DNA from: Podarcis gaigeae
Lineage: Eukaryota
Direction: 5' to 3' (one strand)
Assembly (NCBI GenBank): GCA_964106915.2
Contig: OZ066919.1
Length of the DNA stretch: 64,000 bases
Shown: positions 1 to 11,787 of the stretch, in pieces
How the letters are laid out: each line of letters starts with the position of its first letter
Numbering within the stretch: the stretch's first letter is position 1
Made by a program: the position numbers and the translations under genes
Notes under the pieces: model-generated
The model's input: only the letters and a program-made list of their open reading frames with translations
Told to the model about the DNA's origin: nothing
The model's database searches: none

Positions 1-106
1 AGTGAGGTGGTGCCACATTATGTCTTCATAATGTACCAAGTGTCTGTGCTAAAAGCATTAGTAAGAAGGTGAGATATCCCTCCACTGGGTAGTGAATAAA
101 AGCTCT

Positions 107-146
<40 letters not shown>

Positions 147-171
147 ACGCGTGCATATATATATATATATA
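107..171. repeat. (TG)n plus (TA)n microsatellite
   Basis: Direct reading of sequence. Confidence 0.95.
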
Positions 172-499
172 CATTACAGCCCTGCTCTTCCTCAAATTAG
201 CTGGAACTGGCAGATTCCTAAGAAATGGCCTTTCCCCCCTCCTGCTCGACACACAGAGGTTTTATGCATTTCCAGGAACTGTGGTATTAAACCTGGAGAT
301 GTTGAAATTGTTGTGGGACTAGACCTGAGTTGTATTGTGCTGAATTTTTCTGGATTTTTATTTTCATACAAATGTTCCAGGGTTGAGTGAGGAGGAACTA
401 AAATGTTTATGACAAAACCTCTACTTCCCACTTTTTAAATGTGTCTGTTCATGCCCATTCACAGATACTGTACTGCTTTTTCAATCTGTTGCTGCTTTA

Positions 500-871
500 A
501 AGGTAAAGGTAAAGGACCCCTGACAGTCCAGTCGCGAACGACTCTGGGGTTGCAGTGCTCATCTCGCTTTACTGGCTGAGGGAGCTGACGTTTGTCTGCA
601 GACAGTTTTTCTGGGTCATGTGGCCAGCATGACTAAGCCACTTCTGGTGAAACCAGAGCAGTGCACAGAAACACCATTTACCTCCCCGCCGGAGTGGTCC
701 CTCCCCGCCGGAGTGGTCTACTTGCACTTTGACGTGCTTTCAAACTGCTAGTTTGGTGGGGGCTGGGACCGAGCAATGGGAGCTCACCCCGTCGTGGGGA
801 TTCGAACCGCCAACCTTCTGATCTGCAAGCCCTAGGCTCAGTAGTTTAGACCACAGTGCCATCTGCATCCC
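500..871 (-). mobile_element. Sauria SINE (Squam1), full length
   Basis: Reverse complement has a tRNA-like head (GGGATGCAGATGGCACTGTGG...GGTTCGAATCC) and (ACCTTT)n tail. Target-site duplication tgttgctgcttta at 487-499 and 874-886. Confidence 0.93.
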
Positions 872-1342
872 TTTGTTGCTGCTTTAGGTCAGTACAAAAG
901 GGGACACATCTCTGTTGTACCTGAGTTTACCACATAGTGCTGAAATCACTTTCATTGCCTGCTAGCACTGTGAAGATCCCTGGTCCAAATGTAGTTGTGT
1001 TCAGTGCCAGATCTTCAAATTTTGCCATAGAAGGCAAAAGTCTGCTCTGGCACCCACCTCTCCCTGATTGTGAACAATGGGCTGTAAACCTGCAACCCCA
1101 AATTAAACAGAGGGAGGAAGCCACAGATCCTGAAAAAGTCCTACAAACAGCCTTTTACAATGCTTAATTCTTTGATGCACCTTAACGTCTTTTACAGTAA
1201 TGATTTTCCCCAACCCTAAACCAAGCTAAGCAAGTTTGCACCTAATACTTAGGTAGAAGACTTCTAGGGAAGCCATACCCAAGCTTCCTTGAAGGAAGGC
1301 TGGATAAAGTTTAGCAAATAAATAATTACGTAGTACTTTGTC

Positions 1343-1483
1343 ACTTAGCTCAGTATTGCCTGAACAGACTGGCAGTAGATCTCCATGGTTCTCTCCCAAC
1401 TCTATGTGGAGATATGAGAGATTGAACCTGGCACTGTCTACTTGCAAAATAGATGCTCTCCCACTGAGCTATGGCCCCTTCCC
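1343..1483 (-). mobile_element. tRNA-Ala-derived squamate SINE (Squam2-like, name tentative), degraded
   Basis: Reverse complement GGGGCCATAGCTCAGTGGGAGAGCATCTATTTTGCAAG...GGTTCAATC, followed by the body motif CTGCCAGTC...CAATACTGAGCTA. Confidence 0.7.
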
Positions 1484-2016
1484 CCTTGTGAATCTTGTAT
1501 TGATTTTGAGGGGCAATCCCAACAACACAGATGAAGTATTTTACTCAGGATGTCAGCAGAGGAGGAAAGGGAAAACTTTCCCTCTCCACATTTGGATCAC
1601 ATTAAGAATCAGCGATTGATTAGCTAATGGGGGTGATTTTAGTAAGAAAATGGCACAGGATTACCACCCACCCAGAGCACTGTAATCCTGAACTACTCTT
1701 TCTGCTGCTGCTGCTATCTCCCACTAGTTCTGGCCCACTGCTCATTCCTTCACTAACTTTTCCCCTCCTCACCTTCCCATGAGCATAGAACAAACCCTGC
1801 ATTGTTTCAGGCAGTGGCAGGTATGAGAAAGGTAGGGGCAGGGTACTGTTTGCTGCCACCCCTAACCTGCCACCCCGGGCAGTTTCCTCCACCCCTCAAT
1901 TTGGGCCTGGTTATGACTCTAGGAGAGAAAGTGGGTGGGGATGCACATCAAATGTATAATCGCCATCTAGTTCCTTCCCCAACTAGGGGCAGGAGTGTTA
2001 GTCTGGTTATAAAATA

Positions 2017-2169
2017 ATAGAATCATAGAACTGTAGAGTTGGAAGGGACCACAAGGGTCATCTATTCCCTGCAATGCAGGAATCTTTTGCTCAATGTCTG
2101 GCTCAAACCCATGACCCTGAAATCAAGAGTTTACTCTACTGAGTCATGCTCTACTGACTCAGCTATCCC
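2017..2169 (-). mobile_element. tRNA-Lys-derived SINE with CR1-type 3' tail
   Basis: Reverse complement GGATAGCTGAGTCAGTAGAGCATG...CAGGGTCATGGGTTTGAGCC, then the CR1 tail CCCTTCCAACTCTACAGTTCTATGATTCTAT. Confidence 0.8.
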
Positions 2170-2469
2170 AAATATGCTACTCCCCCCCCTTTTCAGTAAC
2201 CCTCCCACTACAAACATTTTCACACCCTTTTACAAATGGGTGGAAAGAATTGCAAAATGCATCCCTTGCTTCAGTTCAGAAGTTTCCCTAGGCAGCGGCT
2301 CTCACTTAAGTGTATGCTTTGAGGGCGCTTAATATTACACACTGTTTATCCTAAAGCATTTTAAGCAGATTCTCTGAGCCTGGCACCATTGCCCCTGCTC
2401 TTTGAGGTTTGAGGCACTGGGAAGGGAACACACCCAAATCAGGAGGGCCAGACCAGGAGGGCTGCACAT

Positions 2470-2800
2470 GCATGGTTGTTAATCATCTTCTGAATGCACT
2501 AACGATGCTAATGCTGTAAGTGACAGTGGCCCATCTTTAGGGCCATGATTTAGGGGCTCTGAGCGGAAGCCCAGCTCTAGGGAGTAAATGCATGAATTCT
2601 CCACTGATACTAAACCTCCTAATAAATCTTGCACACACCAAAAAGCCCTAAGCACTAAATCCCAGAATCCGGTAATTGAAACCCTCCAAGCTCATGGGGA
2701 TGAAAAGGTAAATTGCCCACGTGTGTTTTTATTATAGTTTACCTGATTATCTCCCAGGGAGACAAAGGAAAGCAGAGTCTTCAAATTAACACACCACATT
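2470..2800. promoter_or_regulatory. Candidate conserved non-coding element (CNE)/enhancer
   Basis: Repeat-free block with TAAT/ATTA cores, TGACAG, TGATTTAG and SOX-like ACAAAG. Conservation inferred only. Confidence 0.4.
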
Positions 2801-5800
2801 TCACACTGTGGAAACAGTATCTGTAACATGAGCATATGGCTGAAGGACTGAGTTCTATGCAGCAGGGCCTTGGGATAACTGCAATTTCACCTGATAAATA
2901 TCCAAACCCGATGTTACACTACTGCCTCTGTATTGCATCTTTTTGCTGTTCTCCATTGCCCTCTGCTGCCTGCTCTGTGGGAGAGCCAGATGGATTAGGA
3001 ATGGCTTATAATATTGTTCACAACTGTGGTTGTGCATTTCATTCATATAAAGAAACAAGCTAGTGCTGTGCTACAATGCTAACTATCAACACAATGCTGC
3101 TGATATTAAACATTATAAAGTTCAGCTTGCTATAGAAATGGTTGAGTTTATCTTCTTAATCACAAAAAGCTAGATGTGAGACCCAACATTGGGTCTCTGC
3201 TGGCACAATGAGACTTTGCCTTCCTCTCTACCCCCCTAAAGCCCCTTGATCCAGAAGGTTGGGGGGACCCTCTGGAACAATTTTTGGAGTGCCCAGGAGG
3301 CTGGATGCCATGCTAGATCGTATTTTCCCACTTTATACATGGTAAACTTGGATTTAGGAGAATCACTTGTCCAGAGCCATTTAACTAAGTTTGTGTCTGA
3401 GCAGGAATTTTATTTCAGTTCTTTTATTTCTGTAAACCTCACTGTTGAGATGGGCTGGTAGCAAGTGATGATAAAATCTATTACTGTGTCTGTGTGTTTG
3501 GGATTTATTAGTGGCAGTTTCTTGAAGGATGCCCTCCTTTAGATAAAGAATAAAAAAGGTACAATACAACCCCCACATCTCCTAAAAAAGAAAAGTGCAA
3601 GCCAAAGATACATTGGTCCATTTCTTCTTACATTGGTTACCAGCATAGCACTAGATCGCAAAACTACTAGGAAGTCTTTCATGAGATAACTCAGAGATGG
3701 GGCACTCAGAGTCATTGGCAAGATGGGATGCTCTGCTGGGACATGTTGCCCAAGACATGGTCAACACCAGTGCAATGCCTTGTTATTGTGGTGCTCTCAG
3801 GTTTTTCCTCAGGTCTTTTCAATGTTTCAAATTCTATCGATCAGAGTGCTACAGTTCAGGGTAATCCTTATAGCTCTAAACTGTTCAATGAGATCATGGT
3901 TCTTGGATCTCAGTTGTCTCAGGTTCAAAATCCGTAGCATATATCTTTGTATTGGGACCTTCTGGTATCCAGAGTGAAAGGGGCATGCTCCATGAGAACA
4001 TCATCTTCACTTTCTGTAATAGACTCTGTGACCTGGTATTTTTTTGGGAAGAGGCAAAATAAAAAAATCTTCATTCATTTGAAGACACCAGCAGGTGGCT
4101 CCTACAAACCACAGGGTGCTATGAAGTTGTCATTTTGTCATGAGCTCCCAGCATGCAGTCTAATTTCTGCCATTTAACTAACCCAGATTCAACTTACCCA
4201 GAACTCTAATGGAAGCCAGTGTGAGGGCTCCAGCTAACAACAGTATGGCTTCCTCCCCCCGCACCTCCCCAAAATCTTCTCTAGAGGATCAGGAGAACCC
4301 ACCCCCTGCAGAACAGCATGTGGGGAGAGAGGTGGGATGTCATTCCATCTGGCAAGAAGAAATGCTTGTGCTGACAGAATGATCGGAAGAGTGTGATGTT
4401 GACTTCCTCCCACTGTGTTGAGGTGCAACCCCTAAGAAGTGTCAAAACAGACTTAAATGCATCACACAATTTGTTGTGAGCTAATGGCAAAATGCTAATT
4501 TTGCAGCACTCTGTGGGGCTACAGTATCCCATTTCCTCTAGCACCCCTGTCATTGGATCTGTTGCCTCATGTTTGTCTTCTTCAAGCCCATTAAGTTCAT
4601 TTCCTTGAAGGTTCTCACCCTTCTCACATGGAAACATTCATGCATACAGCTGTACTTGCAATAGCTTCCTTCCTAGAAATACAGACCCATGGCAGGGGGG
4701 AGTGGAGGAACTCTGTATGCATCATATAGGCGGATGGGGCTAGTTGGTGCACCCTCTGTGCACCCTCTCCCCCCCCCCAATACTTGCTCACCATGTAAGA
4801 ATGATTCAGGGTTTGCTTGCCAGTTCCCTTCCCTCCTTTTCTTCTATTCAGTTCCATATTCTAGATTTTTGTTGGCTTCTATTTTATAAAATCAATAAGC
4901 TATAGATGTATCTAAAACTGGAAGGCGACTTCTATATGGAAAGAGATTTTCAGATAGGTTGACTTTACCTGCCGAGTAGTCTGAAGAGTTACTAACCCTT
5001 TCCTTTCTTACTGGCTGTCCTGCCAACTGTACAGAATGAACTTTCATGGTAAGAACAAATTCCTTTGTGTTCCGCCTTTTATATTAAACCTTGTTTTTCA
5101 GGAAATCTCTACTGTCATTACAGATCAAGCAGAATGCTCATGACTATCAGTGTTCAACCAGGTTGTGAGCTGCAGCTCAAAAGATGCATATAACCCTGGG
5201 AGTGTTGGCAATGAAATGTCAAATTAAATGAACTGCTGATAAAGACAAAAATATACAAGCAAAGAAAAATGCAGAGACAAATTTGCTTACAACACTTTTG
5301 AATGAACTGCTACCTTTTTCAAAAGATCTTGAAAATTATTATGGCTAGTTACAAAGAACAAACAAAGGAAGCTTAAGAGAGAAATATTTACCCACACGCA
5401 ATTGATCTTCGAAGGGCCGTGCCACAAGTGTGGCAAATGCCAACAGCATAACTGAGTTCTAAATAAGATTGATGTAAGATGAGGATATCATTTTCTAACA
5501 ATTAAGATATCTGGGCCATACTTCCTTTTAAAATGGGTGTCCTTAAATATTTGACTAAAAAAGACTGGAAATAATCAGCCTTTATAAAATCTTTATCCAA
5601 TTTCTGTCCAGAGTGGGTTACTGGAGTTGCTGTTCTTATGCAGTAAGGCTGGTTTAATCATTGTTGGTCTGCTTGCTTTGTGGATGCTTGTTTTGAAAGA
5701 GATGCTAAACATTAGAGTTCTCCACCATGTCCTCATTTTCTACTTTGGGCCCTTGAATCCCTAAGCAGCTTCATAAAACACACTCTGAAACTTGAATAGA

Positions 5801-5869
5801 GCTGGGGGCACATTCCTGGAAAAGTGCTGGAATCTTGCTGAATTTGAGGGGATGTGCATATTAAAACAC

Positions 5870-6050
5870 TCCAGCTCGAGCCTTATGGAGAGGCATCCGC
5901 CCATCATTTCTCAGGTCACCGCTTGGCTAATGGTCTATTAATTTGTTCAGTCATCCCATGTGAGTCAAACTCAATTTCTGGTCTGTGATTCTTCCCTGTC
6001 AGCAATGTGATTGATTGGACGTATGACTGTCAGCGGCTGCTCCAAATCCG
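5870..6050. promoter_or_regulatory. Candidate enhancer with Meis-Pbx/Hox-Meis motif cluster
   Basis: CTGTCA 5996-6001, TGATTGATTG 6008-6017, CTGTCA 6027-6032. Confidence 0.5.
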
Positions 6051-6194
6051 ACCCCCACCCCGCATCGTCCACCACTGCTCACCAAGATGTCTTCCCACCG
6101 CTTTGGCAGGCACATAGACACACATGCACCTACACACACAAATCTCTCCTAAAGAGCAGTCCGTCTACTGCTGTATACCCAAGGATTTGTCTCT

Positions 6195-6470
6195 AGCAAT
6201 GAAAAATGACAGAAATATTTAAGGACAAATAAGGTTTACAAACCCAATTGAAAATTATTACAGGGAGGCCCGGGCTGCAGATGGGCCCAAGCTGATGTGC
6301 AGAGGCAATCAAATCGAATTTCCTTATCGCGTTGTTATTTTAGGGCGTTATCTGGTGCCGTAATGCAGTTATAAATTCAATTTTGCTGCCGAGCATTTAT
6401 TGTTTACCATTGCCTGTTTGCTGGAAAAAATGTAAACACTTCACGGCTGTAAAATTAATTTCTGGCCTGA
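6195..6470. promoter_or_regulatory. Candidate CNE/enhancer
   Basis: Repeat-free and AT-rich yet CpG-retaining. Forkhead-like TGTTTAC/GTAAACA, TGACAG and several TAAT cores. Confidence 0.5.
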
Positions 6471-6784
6471 GAACTAAGGTAGGGAGTCGGGGATGGAAAG
6501 ATGGAAAGAAAATAAGAAATCAAAACGGAATGCAAGGATAGAGCATGGGTTGTGTGCTGGCATTCCTGTATTTCTCCCCCCCCCCCCCAACACCTAAACC
6601 TAAGTGTTTTTCAGTTCCTGCCTTTTGCCCACTTGCACCTGCTTCATTTTGCAGAATGAGAAGTGAAGTTAGGAGCCAACCATTTTAATTATCAGCTCTG
6701 TATATGAATGCTGTGGATATATGTGCATATTGTGTACATACTATGATTCTCATAGTCATCGAGTCTCTCTTGCAGCAAACTTTG

Positions 6785-6975
6785 GTCTAGAGCTGGGCAG
6801 GGTGGGCTTAAATCTGAGAGGTTTGGGTACAGAGCCGGATCTAATACTGCCATGCACTCACTGAGTGGCCTTGGTCAGTGCACTGTCTCTCCACTTCAAT
6901 TTCCCATCTGTGGAATGATCTCCCAGCAAATGAGCTGGGAGAGAAGATATGCCATGTAAAGCAGTCATAGAATGG
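6785..6975 (+). mobile_element. Old MIR/Squam3-type CORE-SINE remnant
   Basis: CORE-like ctcactgagtggccttggtcagt...cttcaatttcccatctgtggaatga. Confidence 0.55.
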
Positions 6976-8920
6976 GAGTAGACTGATTCCTCCTGGCCAG
7001 TTCTCCAGTGCCCTCTTTCAGGAGAGGCTGATACTGGAATAGCAGAGAACACCCCTTAGAATCACCACCCATAGTCTTTTTACAGCGACCCCTGTTGGAA
7101 AATGTGGGACATGTCACATAATTCTCCAATCCTGAATCAAGTGCACCTACTCTTTAGTATGAAGCTGGACCATAACCTCCTTTTCCCTTCTCAGTTCCAG
7201 TGTCCCGTTCTTTCCCCTACCCCCATTCAGGCTGAGCAAAGCCAGGAAATGCAGGTTGCTGCCAAAGAAAAGTTGAAGGTCTCCCATTAATTCAAGACTA
7301 AAAATGACAAATTCATCTTCTACGACAATTAAATGAAGTCAGTAATTGATGCTAATTGATATTCAGCTGGGAGGGCTCTTACTGCTTCACTGCACTCTGT
7401 CGTTTCGCATGCCTGCTCCCCCTTCTCCTCCGCAGTGGCGTTCCACCACCACCCCAGGCATCTGTGCTGCTTGCTAGGAACCCATCCCAGTGGCTACTCT
7501 TTGCTCTTCCACATGTTCGGCATTCTCACCCAGGAAAGTCATGTAGGCTTCATAGGACTGCGGTTTCGGCTTTCTCCGTGGATACCTCCCCCCACCAAGG
7601 CAGGTAAACTCCAGGCCTAATAGAGTTGGCAACAAAGGGTTTATAGCCCACAGCTGTGTAAGTTCCCACTTAATTTTTATAAGCCCAGCATCAGAGCCAG
7701 CAGGGGGTAAAGCACACTTGGATTTTCTCTCCTTAAAATATTATGGTGTTAGCACTTTTCTGCAAGACCCGAAAGGAATGACAAAGGGGGGAGGGAGGGA
7801 GACCTGGATGTGTATGTGTTTGGATTTTTTTTTTTACAAGATTCCTTTAATCTGAAGCCAATATGTCAAAATCAAATTAAGCCTTGGAAAGGGAATGGGC
7901 TCCGTGTGCCAAGTGAGCAAGCTGGATAGTAAATGTGCAATTGTTTCTGGGACTGTTATTAAGGCGACATGACTGTTGCCCATTAAGGAAACATGACATC
8001 ACTTCCTCAGGAAATAGCACGGAGTTGGGGAGAGAGGCATTCACAGCCGGTTGTGCCAATCAAGTTTGTGATGAGCAGGAAACAAAAATAAGAGCATAGG
8101 TCTCACAATAAGGGGCATGGGTCAAAAGTCAGATGGACCCTAGTGGTTCATTCAGCTTTGCTGACATTCCTTTGCAGCCACAACAAGAAACTACATTTCA
8201 GCTTCTAAAATATGTACCCTCTTTTATCTCTCCTGATTATTGTGTAGTGGATTGGTCAACAATTTACATTATGAGATACTATAATAGGTTTGTACGTTAT
8301 AAAGTTATTATAGAAATCGGTAGCACTTTCCTGTGAGTTTTCAAATCATCTGTAGCACTATCTTGCAGAAGGGTGATCTGTCTCTATCCATTTAGTTGTG
8401 GGTTAATTCAAGTGCGTAGGATGGTAATTTAGAAGGCAAAAACCCACCCTGAAAGTTTCCATGAGAAGTGACTTTGTCAGTGGTCTCTTCCAAGATCTTT
8501 ATTGCAAGGAAGAATTTCAAGTAGTAATGGAGCTTCAATGATGCAATTTCTGAGTCTTCTTTTAATCTCACAAATAAAAACACCACACAGCTTTCCTTTC
8601 AGGTCATTTGGGGTGTCCACTACTTTTTGGGGGAGCCTTTGGAATATGGACAGAAATGGCCCATGTGTTACTTACTTGCTAGCTTGCTATGCCTTTGTGT
8701 GGCTCGGTGCAAATCAAACCCACCCCACTGCCTGTGGGATTCAGAACAGTTTGCATGATGCCATATGCTCTTAAATTTACCATGTGGTACCACTGAGGCC
8801 TTTTAATATTTTCATTATATACCAGGCAAGTATCTCTGGCAAATTTCACAGACCAGAAGAAATTGAGATCTGGTCCCTCTCTCCAAGAGATTCTTAGTTT
8901 GAATGTATGTTGTTTATATA

Positions 8921-9282
8921 GGGACGCGGGTGGCGCTGTGGGTAAAAGCCTCAGCGCCTAGGGCTTGCCGATCGAAAGGTCGGCGGTTCGAATCCCCGCG
9001 GTGGGGTGCGCTCCCGTTGCTCGGTCCCAGCGCCTGCCAACCTAGCAGTTCGAAAGCACCCTCGGGTGCAAGTAGATAAATAGGGACCGCTTACTAGCGG
9101 GAAGGTAAACGGCGTTTCCATGTGCAGCTCTGGCTCGCCAGAGCAGCGATGTCATGCTGGCCACGTGACCCGGAAGTGTCTTCGGACAGCGCTGGCCCCT
9201 GGCCTCTTGAGTGAGATGGGCGCACCAACCCCAGAGTCTGACAAGACTGGCCCGTACGGGCAGGGGTACCTTTACCTTTACC
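8921..9282 (+). mobile_element. Sauria SINE (Squam1), young full-length copy
   Basis: GGGACGCGGGTGGCGCTGTGG head, B box GGTTCGAATCC, ACCTTT tail, CpGs intact, perfect 15-bp TSD tatgttgtttatata (8906-8920 / 9286-9300). Confidence 0.97.
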
Positions 9283-9499
9283 ATTTATGTTGTTTATATA
9301 ACAACCACAAGAGCATGGGGCTACAGGAACTGCAATCTCCTTTTTGCACCAGAAACCCAGGCCATTTGAACACCTTCTGTTGGCTGGCACTCCACCATGC
9401 AACGTGAACACACAAAAGTTGCAAGAGAGCTGCATGTAAGAGAGAACATGATGGCCAAGGCAATGTGGATGAAGCAGGCAATTCCCAGACGCCCCATGC

Positions 9500-9990
9500 T
9501 CTCTGGTTTCCAGGAACAAAGAGGGAAATAAATAAAGTGATCCAGACAATTTTGTATTAAACATACGCGACATGAAGGCTTCTCTCCCTTCCCTTCTCTC
9601 CTTACTAAGTTCTATTAAACCTGACAAATTATGACATACAGACATGTAATGCAAACTGATCCATTATACATTTAAATATGCTGCACAGAAGCAGTGGGGA
9701 AGCAGTGTCTGTGTGGGTGGGAGGGGGAATAGGAAGACAAGTGTATTACATGGATAATGTATTTGACGTATTAATAAAACAAGCAGCATTGCTCCGGCCA
9801 GGCAATGGTCGAATGCCGATAGGCGATGATGGATCACAGATTGATGGAATCCAGATGTTTAGAATCATAGTCTTGGGGCCTTTCTCATATTGACTAAAAG
9901 TAAAAAATGCAGCGCTGTCAGCACATTAAGTCTCCCTGCCGCTCTTGGAGGCTGCTGAAGTGATTATTTATTTCTGAAAGCCCGCACTAC
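9500..9990. promoter_or_regulatory. Candidate CNE/enhancer
   Basis: TGATCCATTA 9657-9666, TGATGGAT 9827-9834, CTGTCA 9915-9920, many TAAT cores, retained CpGs, no repeat similarity. Confidence 0.5.
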
Positions 9991-10293
9991 CCAACCCCCA
10001 GTCTGCTTCCTCTTAGCTGGGCCACCTGGCTGCAAGGTGTGGGGAAAACCTGGACCTTGTCCCTTACCTCCCAGTGAGGTCAAACTCCAGGATGTTCTCT
10101 GCCAAATCAAAAACATAAACCAGCCTATGGAAATGAAACATTTTAGGTTTCCTGTGCTTTCTTTACAATGACCTGTTTGCTTAACGCTCCTTTCAAACTT
10201 TTTTCTTAGAATATTTTCATATAACCAAAATTAGCCCTGATTTAATTCAAAAGGGTGAGTTTTCACCTGAGACAAATGTACCTGCCTTGGGGA

Positions 10294-10665
10294 CAGTGGC
10301 AGAGGAAGGGGGCGAGGGGGTCGCCCCGGGTGCCATCTCTGAGGGAGGTGACAAGATGGCACCGCACGGGGGGGGGCGTTGCTCTGCTGCCTCCGGATGT
10401 GGCGGCGCAAGCCGCTACCATCACACCCTTGCAGCCGTGTGCAGAGGATCCTTCCGTCGCCACTGCAGCCACGAGCAGAGGATCCCACCACCGTCCATAT
10501 GGCACTCAAGTGACGCCGTCAGCAAACTGCCCAGTGGCACATGTGCAGTGCTGCTACGTACACCACATGCGTGTGCGCCATACATAGCGGTGCTATGCAT
10601 GTGCCATATATATGGCGCGTATGCCGCCAGGCGGTTTGCCCCAACAAAGCCTTCCTTTGCCCCTG
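10294..10665. mobile_element. Non-autonomous hAT-type element (MITE), 372 bp
   Basis: TIR cagtggcagaggaagg / ccttcctttgcccctg (16 bp, 2 mismatches) and perfect 8-bp TSD cttgggga (10286-10293 / 10666-10673). Confidence 0.9.
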
Positions 10666-11214
10666 CTTGGGGAATGAACCTTTTGTCATCCCTTTTAGGA
10701 CAGATTGTGATTTTAATTTACGTAAACTACACTAAGTGGGGCATAAGCCTTAGAAAATTGTGCCGGAAATTGTATAAACAAAGCAAACTTTCAGAGTGAA
10801 TGGCACACAGGAGCAAAGGGACTTCCTCTTTCAAGGAGAAGGTGGCTATGCAGAGTGTTGATTAGCTGCTCTTCTGACAATCATGAAGCCACTCTTGAGT
10901 TTTTAAGATTAAAAACAACAACAACCAAAGGATATTAGATTGGCTTTTTGGGGGCCCCCGGTAATATGACAGATAAACACTGAAATGGATAAACATGCCA
11001 GACACTTGCGAAAGGAGCTCCAAGTGTCTGCTTGGAGCATAGCAAGAAGGCCAGAAATTCATAGTGGAGTTGGAACAGGTACATATGTTAACAGAGTTGT
11101 GACAGTGGTGTGAAAAAAAACTGGCACCCATGCCTTGAAATCGATGCTATCTAGTCACAGGCTATTTTGTGTGCACTCACTGACCCCATGGCACACATAT
11201 GCCACAATGGTGAG

Positions 11215-11787
11215 CAGGCTTTGAAGCAGGAGGGGAGAATGGGATCCAGCCGATGGGTCAGATTCTTAAAGCCTCCACCCACAACAGAGCAAGTTTGACA
11301 GGACCACCCACCTGTCAGTCACCTGGAATCATAATGATGTCAGGCGACACGTGTTGAACTTCAGTGGAGGTAGCTGTAACAAGCAATTGGCTGATCAGTG
11401 GTTTGAGGATTTCCCTTTGAAGAAGAAAAAATGTTATATTTTATAATGGAGTGTTTCCCACTCTGCAGAGGAAATAGTTACAATCCAAACTGCTTCCCCT
11501 GGCCCTCTTGGCTGCATTAGGGAATTTCCATTAGTGTTTCCTGTGAACCCCAGTCAGCTGGTTGGTCCTGAGAGGGAGTCCACCTTGCAAAGGACCCATT
11601 GGTAGCTCCCCATAAGCTCCCATTTCTTCCTTTGAAGCCATGTCTGTACTTGCCCCACACCTGGCATCCCATGTGATGTCAGCTGCAGGGCAGGCAGGTG
11701 TGATTTGTGGGAAACATCCTCACAGTCCAAATTGGGACCTGTGCCATACCTAATTAGGCCTGTGGGCCAGAGGTTCTGCACTCCTGG
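11215..11787. mobile_element. Degraded hAT-type non-autonomous element
   Basis: hAT-like right end gcctgtgggccagaggttctgcactcctg and subterminal cacccacctgtcagtcacctg motif. Left end poorly defined. Confidence 0.45.

Noticed and set aside
58-431. Overlapping ORFs with CV/HT repeats (also at 18113-18617, 32502, 34713, 53521, 57235)
   Set aside because: Translations of (TG)n/(CA)n microsatellites
2100-2169. tRNA-like heads (also 1410-1480, 15625-15685, 22600-22669, 31171-31245) as tRNA genes
   Set aside because: Degenerate stems and directly fused to SINE bodies and LINE tails
9042-9654. 186-aa and neighbouring ORFs
   Set aside because: They run through the GC-rich Sauria SINE and show no protein-family signature
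10231-10799. 170-aa ORF cluster
   Set aside because: Stop-poor GC-rich MITE interior with no transposase motifs
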